This document shows, one piece after another, positions 52,070-62,026 of a stretch of DNA of 64,000 bases (its first letter is position 1; every line of letters begins with the position of its first letter). The notes under the pieces are model-generated. The model saw only the letters and a program-made list of their open reading frames with translations. It made no database searches and was not told the origin of the DNA. The translations under genes were made by a program, and so were the position numbers. The stretch is from Bdellovibrionales bacterium (lineage in GTDB: Bacteria; Bdellovibrionota; Bdellovibrionia; Bdellovibrionales; JAUICD01), in contig OZ253553.1 of assembly GCA_965262715.1 (NCBI GenBank), positions 864,001 through 928,000 of the forward strand, in the 5' to 3' direction.

Positions 52070-53065
52070 ATGAAAGACCATTATAAGACTTTAAATATCC
52101 CCTCTGACTCTAATATAACAGAGATTAAAAAAGCTTATCGTAAATTAGCTCATAAATATCATCCTGATAAAAACGCAACTCACAATAAAAAGGTAGCAGA
52201 AAATCTCTTTTTGCAAATCACTGAAGCATACAAAACACTTCTTAACCCTTTATTAAAGCGTGAATATGATGAGACATACCGCAAACATCAAAAAAAGACT
52301 CAAACAAACTCATCTCAAGTAAAATCTAAAGTATCAAACAAACAGACAACAAAGGTTAAAAAAGAAAAAGAGGGTAAGGAAAACTCTTCTCTACAAGACT
52401 TGATCAAGAATGTTTTTGTTAACAATGTAGAAGAAGAAACTATAACACAAACTCAACAGACGGAAACAAAGGTAACTAAAAAATTTGAACGTGGTCGCCA
52501 TCTCAAATATCAGTTAAATTTAACTTACGAAGATATATGTGATGGTTGTGAGAAAACAATTACTTTTATCAGAAAACGTAAGTCAAAAAATGAATCTGCC
52601 AAATTAAAAATCAAAGTACCTCCTGGAATAACAAAAGGAAAGCAGTTAAGATTAAAAAAAGAAGGTGATGAGGGAGAGAAGGGTTATGGAGACTTACTGG
52701 TTGTAGTCAATGTACTTCAACACCAGCTTTTTAGAAAAGAAAACCTTAATGCTCATTTGGATTTATCTATCACCTATCAGCAAGCTGTGATGGGAGATAA
52801 AATTATCATCCCTACTCTTAGAGGAGTTCATTATTTGACTATTCCTTCTGGCACAACATCTGATACTGTTTTACCTATAAATAAAGAAGGTTTTAAGTCA
52901 TCAGATAGTTCAATTGGAAACCTTCTTGTTAATATCCAGATTGATGTTCCTAAAAATCTTTCTCCTATCTCCAAACAAAAATTAAAAGAATTTAATGAAA
53001 CTATTATGCACAAATTACCTATTTCATTTCAAAAAGTTTTAGCAGAACGCATGAAAAAACAATAG
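52070..53065 (+). CDS. DnaJ-class J-domain protein lacking the zinc finger
   Basis: J domain with HPD; DnaJ C-terminal domain; no CxxCxGxG. Confidence 0.9.
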   Translation: MKDHYKTLNIPSDSNITEIKKAYRKLAHKYHPDKNATHNKKVAENLFLQITEAYKTLLNPLLKREYDETYRKHQKKTQTNSSQVKSKVSNKQTTKVKKEKEGKENSSLQDLIKNVFVNNVEEETITQTQQTETKVTKKFERGRHLKYQLNLTYEDICDGCEKTITFIRKRKSKNESAKLKIKVPPGITKGKQLRLKKEGDEGEKGYGDLLVVVNVLQHQLFRKENLNAHLDLSITYQQAVMGDKIIIPTLRGVHYLTIPSGTTSDTVLPINKEGFKSSDSSIGNLLVNIQIDVPKNLSPISKQKLKEFNETIMHKLPISFQKVLAERMKKQ

Positions 53066-53225
53066 TGTTTTTAGAAGCTATCTCAAAAATACATGATAGC
53101 AGTAAATAATACGAAATTGTAAAATACAAAACATAACTAAAATGGACAGACTTGACGGATAATGGCTTGAGGTATGTTTGAGGTGGCTTTTAACAATATA
53201 AGGATAAAATATCAAAGGATGTTTT

Positions 53226-53765
53226 ATGTTTGAATTAGTTTTTTATAGGACATTTGAAGCTGGTCACAGACTTATTGAAGGAGAAAATAGAAAAACATTT
53301 TGTACTCAGCCCCATGGGCACACTTGGAGTGTCAAAGTTTATTTATCTTGCTTGGAAAAGAAAACCTTGGACAATAAAGAAAATACCTTGGTTGTTTTTG
53401 CAAATATCAAAACAAAGTGGCACACATGGCTGGATAATCACATTGATCACTCTTTTATTTTCAATGGTAGAGATCCTCTCCTTCAGTTTATGATTGAAGA
53501 TCATCCTGGTGGACGACATGTTGTTGTTCCTGGTGATCCTACAACAGAAATGTTGGCAGTTGTATTCAAGGCAAAATTAGACACGTTTTTAAAAAACTCA
53601 TCTTTTAATGAGCTGCATTTTATTTGTCACCGTCTTATACTGAATGAAACAAAAACCAATGGCATTATTTTTTCAGGACATCCTCAAGATCACCTTCCTC
53701 TTCAAAAGAATGAAAAAAAAGACTGGTGGTTTAGAAATGATTTTAGTACAAATAATCTTTCCTAA
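53226..53765 (+). CDS. queD: 6-carboxytetrahydropterin synthase (PTPS/QueD family)
   Basis: FEAGHRL, C...HGH, DH, PTTE. Confidence 0.8.
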   Translation: MFELVFYRTFEAGHRLIEGENRKTFCTQPHGHTWSVKVYLSCLEKKTLDNKENTLVVFANIKTKWHTWLDNHIDHSFIFNGRDPLLQFMIEDHPGGRHVVVPGDPTTEMLAVVFKAKLDTFLKNSSFNELHFICHRLILNETKTNGIIFSGHPQDHLPLQKNEKKDWWFRNDFSTNNLS

Positions 53766-53829
53766 TCTATCCCTTATTTATATATTTTTTCTTTTGTATG
53801 GTATATTATAATGTAAGAAGGGGTCTTAT

Positions 53830-55644
53830 TTGATGGATGATGTTAGAGCAGGTCTACCAATTCATCTTAGAAAATATATTGTAGATCAAAATTATAATAA
53901 ATACACACCAAAGGACCATGCTGTCTGGCGATGCACTTTGAGGCAATTAAGACATTCTTTGTCAGAGAACGCTCATAAATGTTATGAGAATGGATTAGAT
54001 AAAACAGGAATTTCTACAGAAAGTATTCCAAAAATTTCAGATATTTCTTTTAAATTACAAAAGTGCGGCTGGAAGGCACTACCTGTTAGTGGATTTATAC
54101 CACCTGCTGCCTTTATGGAACTTCAAGCACTAGGCTTTTTACCTATTGCATCTGATATCAGAACTTTAGAACAAATCACGTATACACCAGCACCTGATAT
54201 TGTGCATGAAGCTGCCGGACATGCTCCTATTTTAATTGATTCTGACTTCACTAAATACCTGGGAAGCTATGCTCAAGTTGCCTATAAGGCTATCATTAAC
54301 AAAGAAGATTTGGATTTATATCGAGCTATACGTATCTTATCTGATATCAAAGAATCTAGCAATTCATCTGATGATGAGATAAGACAAGCTGGAAATAATT
54401 TAAAAAAAGCAACTGAAAAAATGGAGGACCCTTCTGAAGCAGCACTACTTGCTCGAATGAACTGGTGGACAGCAGAATATGGTCTTATCGGCGACATCAG
54501 ATCTCCAAAGATTTATGGAGCAGGACTTTTATCTTCTATTGCTGAAAGTTCTGATGCTCTTACCTCTAAGGTTAAAAAAATTCCTTTTAGTTTAAAGTGC
54601 CTTGAATATTCTTATGATATAACAAAACCTCAGCCTCAACTTTTTGTCGTAGATTCTTTTGAGACATTGACCAAGGCATTAAAAGATATAGAAAAGACAA
54701 TGGCCTTTTACCGTGGTGGCACCTATGGCTTAAAAATAGCTAAAAAGTCACAAACAGTAAATACTGTTGAGTGCAATTCTGGGTTACAAATATGTGGAAT
54801 TTTAACTAACTACAAAGAAAAGCAATCAGAGCCTATTTTTATTCAAATGCAAGGTCCTACACAGCTCTGCTATAAAGGGCAGATGATACATGGACATGAT
54901 AAGAGGCGGCATCTTCAAGGATTTAGCTGCCCTATTGGGAAGCTTAAAGGATACGATCAGTGCCTTTCAAAATGGAATAATTTAGAATCATTAGACTTAA
55001 AAAAAGAAAATGCACTATATGAAATAACAACAGAAAAACAATTAGATGCTCTACAAATGAAATGTTATTCATTAAAACCAAATAAAATTCAAATGCACTT
55101 TCAATCTGGTATAAAGGTTAGCGGAATACCTATTTGTCTACAAGAGACACCAGATGAAACCCCTCTAATTATAACTTTTAAAGATTGTAAGGTCACTTAT
55201 TACGATGAAGTTTTATTTGATCCTTCTTGGGGAGAATTCGACATGGCTGTAGGTTCTTCTATCCATTCTGTTTTTAGTGGTCCTTCAGATCGAGAAGCCT
55301 ATGGTAAAACAGACACATTTATAAACAAAAAAAAGACTTCTATAAAACCACAAACACAGAAAGAAAAACAGCTGTGTGAGCTTTATGCTAAAGTACGAAA
55401 AATAAGATTGCAATTTAACACTTATAAAAACTTACCTTTTGAACTTAAAGAGAGTTTAGAAGTACTAGAGCAAGATTTTGCCGAAGATTGGTTATTACCA
55501 TTAGAAATTCTTGAATTATCTTATCGAATCACTCCAACTCCACACTGGCAAAAACCTTTAAAGAAAAGACTCCTTGACCTCTCCTTAAGTCATAAACAAC
55601 ACGCTCAAATAATCCATACAGGTATTAAGATGCTGTGTCCCTAA
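53830..55644 (+). CDS. phhA: Aromatic amino acid (phenylalanine-4) hydroxylase, long form
   Basis: YTPAPDIVHEAAGHAP, WWTAEYGL, IYGAGLLSS, YDIT.PQPQLFV. Confidence 0.9.
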   Translation: MMDDVRAGLPIHLRKYIVDQNYNKYTPKDHAVWRCTLRQLRHSLSENAHKCYENGLDKTGISTESIPKISDISFKLQKCGWKALPVSGFIPPAAFMELQALGFLPIASDIRTLEQITYTPAPDIVHEAAGHAPILIDSDFTKYLGSYAQVAYKAIINKEDLDLYRAIRILSDIKESSNSSDDEIRQAGNNLKKATEKMEDPSEAALLARMNWWTAEYGLIGDIRSPKIYGAGLLSSIAESSDALTSKVKKIPFSLKCLEYSYDITKPQPQLFVVDSFETLTKALKDIEKTMAFYRGGTYGLKIAKKSQTVNTVECNSGLQICGILTNYKEKQSEPIFIQMQGPTQLCYKGQMIHGHDKRRHLQGFSCPIGKLKGYDQCLSKWNNLESLDLKKENALYEITTEKQLDALQMKCYSLKPNKIQMHFQSGIKVSGIPICLQETPDETPLIITFKDCKVTYYDEVLFDPSWGEFDMAVGSSIHSVFSGPSDREAYGKTDTFINKKKTSIKPQTQKEKQLCELYAKVRKIRLQFNTYKNLPFELKESLEVLEQDFAEDWLLPLEILELSYRITPTPHWQKPLKKRLLDLSLSHKQHAQIIHTGIKMLCP

Positions 55645-55815
55645 AAATAGTCTCGCCTCTGGCGACTTTCTGGCATTGCCCCCAGACGGACTTACACCGT
55701 CTGGCAAATAGGGCAATGCCTAGAAAGTATGACTATTTTTAGGAAAGAGACTCTCCTCATCTTTTTACATCATGTTAAGGAAAATCTTTCTTTACCATCT
55801 CCTATATAAAAAGTT
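55628..55815 (+). repeat. Hairpin-plus-tail repeat, copy A (overlaps the phhA stop)
   Basis: Rod-like palindrome 55640-55743; near-identical to 57165-57352. Confidence 0.85.
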
Positions 55816-55825
55816 ATGTCTATAC

Positions 55826-57141
55826 GGCTTTGTTGCACAAAGATTTAAGGAAGTATATAAAAGATTAGAGAATTAAGTCAGGCATCTTCCATAGGCTCTA
55901 GGCAACCCCCGCGCCTTGTATTGCTATTATTTTAAGATTTTATTATAGAATAAAATAGTTTAAGAGATATTTACCCTAAGCCGCTAGCCTAGTCCTATTT
56001 CAGAAGTCTTTCACAAATCTCATTCTTAAATTTTTATGCAATAAGATCTTTTATGAGTTTGATATATCTATTACTTTGATTTTTTGTTTTTAATGATTAT
56101 AAAATTTACCCATCCCCAACTTTCACAATCACTAAATCAGAAGGAGCTAGAGATGGGTAAAAATAAAAAAATAAACTGGAGTCTTTATAATAAGTCTCTA
56201 GTCAATAGAGGTCAAATCACTTTTTGGTTTTCAGCAAATATCGTCAAATCTTGGTATGCAAAATGTTCTTCAAAGCAAGGGGGTCAACAAGTTTACTCTG
56301 ATAAAGCTATTGAAACTCTTAATATATTAAGATTCATATTTGGTTTAAAATTGCGATCTACAGAAGGTTTTGCTAAATCCCTAGTTGAACTTATGGGTCT
56401 TGATATAGAAATACCTAATTATACAACTCTTTGCAGAAGATTACAGAAGTTATCAGTAAAACTAGAAAGAAAGCTATCTTCTCACAAGAATCCTCATATT
56501 GTCATTGATTCCACAGGTCTTAAAGTTTATGGGGAGGGAGAGTGGAAAGTCCGTCAGCATGGGTATTCTAAGAGAAGGACATGGAAGAAGCTACATTTAG
56601 CGGTAGATGAGTCAAATTCCCAGATTAAGGCATCTGTTTTAAGTGATAATTCTGTAAAGGATAATGAGGTTTTTGAAGAGTTATTGACAGGATATGAAGA
56701 TGAGATAGGCCAAGTTTCAGTTGATGGGGCTTATGACTGTAAGAATTGTTATCAGTTTACAAGTGATAGAAGTATAAAATTGGTTGCTCCACCTAGAAAG
56801 AATGCTGTGATTAAGAGGCATGGAAATTGTCGAGGATCGCCGCTTCTTAGAGATACTTATATTAGAGAAATCAAGAAGATGGGTAGAAAGAAGTGGAAAA
56901 AAAAACATAAATATCACAGGAGGTCTATATCAGAAACAGCTATGTATAGATTTAAAACTTTATTAGGTGATAAATTATCTTCTAGAGAATTTCATCGTCA
57001 AGCAAATGAAGTGTTTATTAAATGTAAAATCCTTAATCAGATGATTGTGCCTTCTTCTCTTTGATAAAAAAATATTAAATGACAATCTTACTTAAAAAAT
57101 AAATAAAATAAAAACTATTTAAATCTTTGTGCAACAAGGCC
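55826..57141 (+). mobile_element. IS5 family, IS903 group, copy 2 (1316 bp)
   Basis: TIR ggctttgttgcacaaagattta / taaatctttgtgcaacaaggcc; 9-bp TSD tgtctatac (55817-55825, 57142-57150). Confidence 0.95.
56153..57064 (+). CDS. IS903-group transposase (303 aa)
   Basis: Near-identical to copy 1, differing by one D/N change and 2 aa at the C-terminus. Confidence 0.93.
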   Translation: MGKNKKINWSLYNKSLVNRGQITFWFSANIVKSWYAKCSSKQGGQQVYSDKAIETLNILRFIFGLKLRSTEGFAKSLVELMGLDIEIPNYTTLCRRLQKLSVKLERKLSSHKNPHIVIDSTGLKVYGEGEWKVRQHGYSKRRTWKKLHLAVDESNSQIKASVLSDNSVKDNEVFEELLTGYEDEIGQVSVDGAYDCKNCYQFTSDRSIKLVAPPRKNAVIKRHGNCRGSPLLRDTYIREIKKMGRKKWKKKHKYHRRSISETAMYRFKTLLGDKLSSREFHRQANEVFIKCKILNQMIVPSSL

Positions 57142-57164
57142 TGTCTATACTATAACTTATGCGT

Positions 57165-57352
57165 AGATGCTGTGTCCCTAAAAATAGTCTCGCCTCTGGC
57201 GACTTTCTGGCATTGCCCCCAGACGGACTTACACCGTCTGGCAAATAGGGCAATGCCTAGAAAGTATGACTATTTTTAAGAGGGAGACTCTCCTTATCTT
57301 TTTACATCACGTTAAGGAAAGTCTTTCTTTACCATCTCCTATATAAAAAGTT
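57165..57352 (+). repeat. Hairpin-plus-tail repeat, copy B
   Basis: Tandem partner of copy A; period 212 bp once the IS and one TSD are removed. Confidence 0.85.
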
Positions 57353-57532
57353 GTGCATATATATTAATATATAACTTTATGTAAATTTAACTTATCTGCT
57401 ACCGAAGTCTTTTGTAGTAGTAAAATAAATCTTTGAAAAGCAACCAGCCTTTAGTTAAGTCTTTTGTCTATTGAAGAAGAAATATTATAAAGAATTCTAC
57501 CTATTATTAAAGGTTTAGATTACACTTCTTTT

Positions 57533-58765
57533 ATGGCATCTGCAGTAATAAGTGTGGCATTGATATTTTTTTTGGGTCACGCCTTAAAATGGGTTTTTAT
57601 CTATACAAAAATTCCTGATCTTTTACTCTTAGTTCTTTTAGGGTTTCTGATAGGTCCTGTTTTTGGAATTATTGAGACTTCTGCTTTTGGTAAGGTAGGC
57701 CCTTTACTTTCAACTGTTGCTTTGATTGTTATTTTATATGAGGGAGGTATTACCTTACATGCTAAAGACCTACTCTCTTCAAGTCTACCTGCTATTGGAC
57801 TGTCTGTTATAGGGTTTATTCTTGTTGCTATTTCCGGAAGTGCTCTTGCGTGGTTGTTTACAATGGATATGGGTATTTCTATACTTTTTGGAGTCGGTAT
57901 TGGCAGCACTTCTTCAGCTATTGTTATTCCAACAGTTAAATATCTAAGTATTGATAATAGAACTAAGACTATCCTTTCATTAGAATCTGCATTCACAGAT
58001 GTTTTGGCAATTGTTATCTTCTTAGTGGTATTAGATGCTATTATTCAAGGTCAATTTAGCTTTACACAATTACTAATAGGTATTGGACCAAATACTGTAA
58101 AAGCTATATTAGTAGGGATTGCCTCTGGTATTTTTTGGTCTTTTTTAAGAAATCGTTTTACCTTTCTTCTAGACATCAAATTTTCAGGTGAGGCATGGGC
58201 TCTATTGTCTTATGGTGTATTAGAAATGATGCAACTAAATGGAGCTATTGGTGTCTTAGCATTAGGGTTTACACTTGCAAATTTAGATCTATTACCAGAT
58301 TTTGCAAAAAGTTTTTTAAGTAGAAAGCCTATGAATCGTATTGATTTAGAACTCTTAGGAGAAGTCACATTTCTTTTAAAAACAACATTTTTCATTTTTC
58401 TTGGAATGCAGATTAAGTTTTCAAACTTAAAAATTGTTATCTTTGCTATGATAATTACAGTTCTTATTTTTGTGTTGAGATATTTCACTATACTTTTTGT
58501 GCTGAATAGAAGAGATTATAACCCATTAGATGCCATGATCAGTACTGCTATGGGACCAAGAGGTCTGGCCTGTGCTGTTTTAGCTACACTTCCATTACAA
58601 AAAGGGATTGGAAATGGAGTTTGGCTGCAAGAAAGTATGTTTGCCCTCATACCTATGACAATCGTTGTAACAGCGCTTCTTATTTTTCTTTGTGAGAATA
58701 AAACAATCAGAAAACATCTAGGTCTCTTCTTTGAGAAATATGAAAAATACAATCTACCTATATAA
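57533..58765 (+). CDS. Cation:proton antiporter (NhaP/CPA1-like)
   Basis: About 12 TM segments; ILYEGG, TSSAIVIP, LESAFTD, GPRGLA. Confidence 0.88.
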   Translation: MASAVISVALIFFLGHALKWVFIYTKIPDLLLLVLLGFLIGPVFGIIETSAFGKVGPLLSTVALIVILYEGGITLHAKDLLSSSLPAIGLSVIGFILVAISGSALAWLFTMDMGISILFGVGIGSTSSAIVIPTVKYLSIDNRTKTILSLESAFTDVLAIVIFLVVLDAIIQGQFSFTQLLIGIGPNTVKAILVGIASGIFWSFLRNRFTFLLDIKFSGEAWALLSYGVLEMMQLNGAIGVLALGFTLANLDLLPDFAKSFLSRKPMNRIDLELLGEVTFLLKTTFFIFLGMQIKFSNLKIVIFAMIITVLIFVLRYFTILFVLNRRDYNPLDAMISTAMGPRGLACAVLATLPLQKGIGNGVWLQESMFALIPMTIVVTALLIFLCENKTIRKHLGLFFEKYEKYNLPI

Positions 58766-58885
58766 TCAATAAGGTTCATGACAACTTAAACCCTCTTTAT
58801 TCCGGGATCCGGCAATCTGGCAAACAGTACCCGGAATCAAAATATCCGACACCTGTAATTTGAATTTTTGCACCTAATTCGTTTC

Positions 58886-58986
58886 ACTCAAAATAAACTG
58901 GCTTCCAGCCATTTTCTGGTGATGACCCTGACGGTTTACATCGTCAGTAAAATGGTCATCACCTAGAAAACTTGTTCATTTTGAGT
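58886..58986 (+). repeat. Hairpin family copy C
   Basis: actcaaaat...ggtgatgacc-ctgacg...cgtcag-ggtcatcacc...attttgagt. Confidence 0.8.
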
Positions 58987-59167
58987 AGGGAGGGTCTTCT
59001 CATTACTTTATATGATGTTAGGGAAAATATTTTCGTTTCTTTGTTAAAAACTTATCATTACCATTCGCGTTCAATTTTTCTATTTGTAAGCTTTTTATAT
59101 TGAATGCTAAATCAGAAAAAAGCAATAAAAACCAATGATAAGAAGGGGAAAGAGCTGACTCAGGGCA

Positions 59168-59637
59168 ATGATTTTTAAGTTAAAGAAATTAAGTTGAACT
59201 CAGCTCAATTAGCAATTAACTTCTATCATAACTCTAGGAATTTAAAGTTAAGGGAACCTCTGCAAAACCAGTTCCATAGGGATTCTCTAAGTATTGTACT
59301 TAACTTGGCTGAAGGCAGTGCTAAACCAACTGCTAAAGAACGCAGGAAATTCTATAGGATTAGTCTTGGATCACTAAGATATAACTTAAATAGTTTCCTT
59401 AACATGATGTAAAAAAATGAGGAATATCTTCTTACTCAAAATAAACAGACTTTCTAGGCAATAACCTATTTACTGAGGGCATTAGCCGTCAGGGTCATTG
59501 CCAGAAAGCAACCAGAGGTTGGTTTATTTTGAGTGAACCCAGTTCAAGCTATATTAGATATCATTGGTCATCAGAATTTCATAAAAGAAACTGATAAGCT
59601 AGGTGCTTATCTTTATAAGTTATGCCAGAACACTTGA
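59168..59637 (+). pseudogene. Four-helix-bundle protein gene (IVP/bAvd-like) split by a hairpin insert
   Basis: ...SIVLNLAEGSAKPTAKERRKFYRISLGSLR (to 59379), insert, then VQAILDIIGHQNFIKETDKLGAYLYKLCQNT* from 59542. The 5' end is degraded. Confidence 0.8.
59380..59540 (-). repeat. Hairpin family copy D with tail, inside the four-helix gene
   Basis: Stem 59434-59534; the tail matches that of 23449-23501. Confidence 0.8.
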
Positions 59638-59759
59638 ACCCTTAATCTCTCTAAAACCCGCCTTAAGAAAACTGGGAACGGACAAAACACCTGCTTTTTA
59701 TAATTATAACAATCAGTTAACCCCTATAAAAATCAACTTAAGTTGTCATGAACCATCAA

Positions 59760-59797
59760 TAAAAAAACCAGAAAGACTTTTATCCTTCTGGCTTTTT
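59760..59797. terminator. Bidirectional intrinsic terminator (originally for the lipoprotein gene)
   Basis: A-tract, ccagaa...ttctgg stem, T-tract. Confidence 0.6.
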
Positions 59798-59816
59798 ATC
59801 TACGCATCTAAATGTT

Positions 59817-60106
59817 AATAAAGCTTATTATTGTGCTGTTGTCGTCGCTGCTGCTACTGATAATGGTCTCGCTTCTGAATAAGGGCCTACTATAATAGTA
59901 TCTGCATCAATAACTACACGAATGCGAACTCTCCAATAATAGGTTCCATCATTAAGCGTATTTGCAAGAGTGAAACTTTTTGATGGATTTGCTAAATCTG
60001 AAATATCTATAGTGCCTGTTGCTTCAATACTGCTAAACGCTTGATCAGAAGCAAGTTGAAATTCATATTGAATGCTATAGACGCTAATAAGAGTAGTGAG
60101 GATAGT
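59817..60106 (+). repeat. 290-bp direct target duplication, left copy (orphan 3' end of the lipoprotein gene)
   Basis: aataaagctt...gaggatagt, repeated at 62027-62316. Confidence 0.95.
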
Positions 60107-62026
60107 CCTGACTTCGACGGTTTATGTTCGGTATTGATTTTGTAACATTGATGGTTATAGGATTTTGGAGTAAGTTTTCGATGTAGTGCCTAGTAACACA
60201 CCAAGTCAGATTATTTTTATTTTTATTTTGACTTTTTTTTTAATAAGCATTAAATTATTTTTATGTTTGTAAGAATCAAAAGCACACCAAACAGTCCAAG
60301 GCAGTCAGTTCAGATCGTTGATTCTATCCGTTATGGCAATAAAGTTCGCCAAAAGATCATCCGTCATGTCGGAGTGGCTCAAGATGAGGATGAGCTATTT
60401 CGTCTTCAAGAGCTTGGAGAATTCATCAAAGCTAAACTAACAAATGAAAATCAATTATCTTTTTTTGCTCCGGAAGAGATTTCTAAACAAGTGATTGAGT
60501 CCAAGTTTCGTCATTGCAATAAACCCTTAAAAGTAGATCTTAAGAAACTAAGGGAAGATCAAAGAGTCATTGTAGGTATTCATGAGGTTTATGGAGCTAT
60601 GTACAAGGAATTAGGTTTAGATCGCATTTTACCAGTGAGTCGTTATCATTCATCACATTGGGTTTTATTTCATACAGTGATGGCTCGGATAGCTAATCCT
60701 CAAAGTAAAAGAGAGAGCAGTCGATTTTTAGAAGAGGATTTTGGAGTTCATATTTCGTTAGAGAAGATTTATCGCATGATGGATCGTTTAGATAGCAAAA
60801 GGATAGATAAGATAAAGAGACTGGCAGGTCAAGTGGCACAAAAGGTTTTTAAAGAGCCTTTGAAAGTTTTGTTTTTTGATTGTACGACACTGTATTTTGA
60901 ATCAATTATTGAAGATGATTTAAGACAAAGAGGTTACAGTAAAGATGCTAAGTTTAAAGAATCTCAAGTGTGTTTAGCAGTCGTTGTGACCAAAGAAGGT
61001 TTTCCTGTCAGTTACGAGACTTTCCCGGGTGCTATCTTCGAGGGTCATACCTTAAATCCAGTGATAAAAGAGATGAAGTCTAAATATAACTTAGAACAAG
61101 CTATTTATGTCGCTGATAGAGGAATGTTAAGTGAAGATAATTTAAAAGCACTAGAAGATGAGAATCTTCATTATATTGTAGGAGCTAAGCTTAAGAAATT
61201 ACCAAAAGTAAAACAAGAGCTTGTATTAGATAAGTCAAAGTACAAAATTGTCAGTAAACAAGAAGGTTTCAAGATTCAATCATTAGAAGATAAAGATAAT
61301 AAGAGGAAAGTGATAGTTTGTTATTCTTATAAGAGAGCGGAGAAAGATCGACATGATCGTCAACAAACTATAGATAGTTTAGTTAAGAAACTCTCAAAGG
61401 CTCAAGATGTGAAGACTTTATTAAACAATTACGGTTATAAGAAGTATTTAAAAGTCACAGGCAAGAAACAAAAGCTTTCAGTCAATGAAAATCGAGTCAA
61501 AGAAGATCAAAAGTGGGATGGTTTGTTTGGAGTCATAACAAACCTCAAAGATATGGATGATTTAGACATTATTAGCCAATATAAGGGGTTATGGCAAGTC
61601 GAAGAAACATTCCGGATAGCTAAGCATGATTTAAAAATACGTCCTATATTTCACTGGACATCAGATCGGATCAAAGCACACATAGCCATTGCTTTTATCT
61701 GTTTAGTCTGTATAAGACACTTAGCTTACAGAATTAAGATACAATACCAATCCTGTTCACCGGAAGTTATACGAAATGCTTTAATCCATGTACAGCATAG
61801 TTTATTAGTAGATCAAACCAATAACAGAAAGTACTCTATACCTTCAAATATAAGTAAGGAAGCTCTGAAAATCTATCAGATTATGGGACTTAAGCACTCT
61901 ACAACACCTTATCTTATTGAATAAAAATACACTTAATACATAACTAAAAATCAATTGTAGTGCCTATGATGTAATGTATCATCCAATGATCCCAGTAACT
62001 TATAAGTTTAAACCGTCGAAGTCAGG
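60107..62026 (+). mobile_element. IS1634-family element B, copy 2 (1920 bp)
   Basis: Same 18-bp TIRs and same length as 44238-46157, opposite orientation. Confidence 0.95.
60263..61924 (+). CDS. IS1634 transposase (553 aa)
   Basis: Translation identical to 44340-46001. Confidence 0.95.
   Translation: MFVRIKSTPNSPRQSVQIVDSIRYGNKVRQKIIRHVGVAQDEDELFRLQELGEFIKAKLTNENQLSFFAPEEISKQVIESKFRHCNKPLKVDLKKLREDQRVIVGIHEVYGAMYKELGLDRILPVSRYHSSHWVLFHTVMARIANPQSKRESSRFLEEDFGVHISLEKIYRMMDRLDSKRIDKIKRLAGQVAQKVFKEPLKVLFFDCTTLYFESIIEDDLRQRGYSKDAKFKESQVCLAVVVTKEGFPVSYETFPGAIFEGHTLNPVIKEMKSKYNLEQAIYVADRGMLSEDNLKALEDENLHYIVGAKLKKLPKVKQELVLDKSKYKIVSKQEGFKIQSLEDKDNKRKVIVCYSYKRAEKDRHDRQQTIDSLVKKLSKAQDVKTLLNNYGYKKYLKVTGKKQKLSVNENRVKEDQKWDGLFGVITNLKDMDDLDIISQYKGLWQVEETFRIAKHDLKIRPIFHWTSDRIKAHIAIAFICLVCIRHLAYRIKIQYQSCSPEVIRNALIHVQHSLLVDQTNNRKYSIPSNISKEALKIYQIMGLKHSTTPYLIE

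Larger units (their letters stand above)
58773..59754 (+). mobile_element. Transposase-less 982-bp element with 17-bp TIRs and 8-bp TSD (IS1595-like ends by inference)
   Basis: ggttcatgacaacttaa / ttaagttgtcatgaacc; TSD atcaataa at 58765-58772 and 59755-59762. Confidence 0.85.

Noticed and set aside
55628..57352. Long TSD made by the IS903 element
   Set aside because: The ~190-bp repeats are not flush with the TIRs and have diverged. The true TSD is the 9-bp tgtctatac, so the IS entered an older tandem repeat.
9516..58779. Numerous short antisense or overlapping ORFs in the track (e.g. 10891-11277, 22217-22480, 36587-36880, 57601-57996)
   Set aside because: They are shadow ORFs of well-supported genes on the other strand or frame, with no independent motifs.
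59168..59637. Diversity-generating retroelement suggested by the Avd-like gene
   Set aside because: No reverse transcriptase in the window and no template/variable repeat pair with adenine-specific differences; the gene is broken.
44238..62026. Composite transposon or inversion bounded by the two inverted IS1634-B copies
   Set aside because: Each copy has its own matching local duplication, indicating independent insertions and no net inversion. The same holds for the two IS903 copies.
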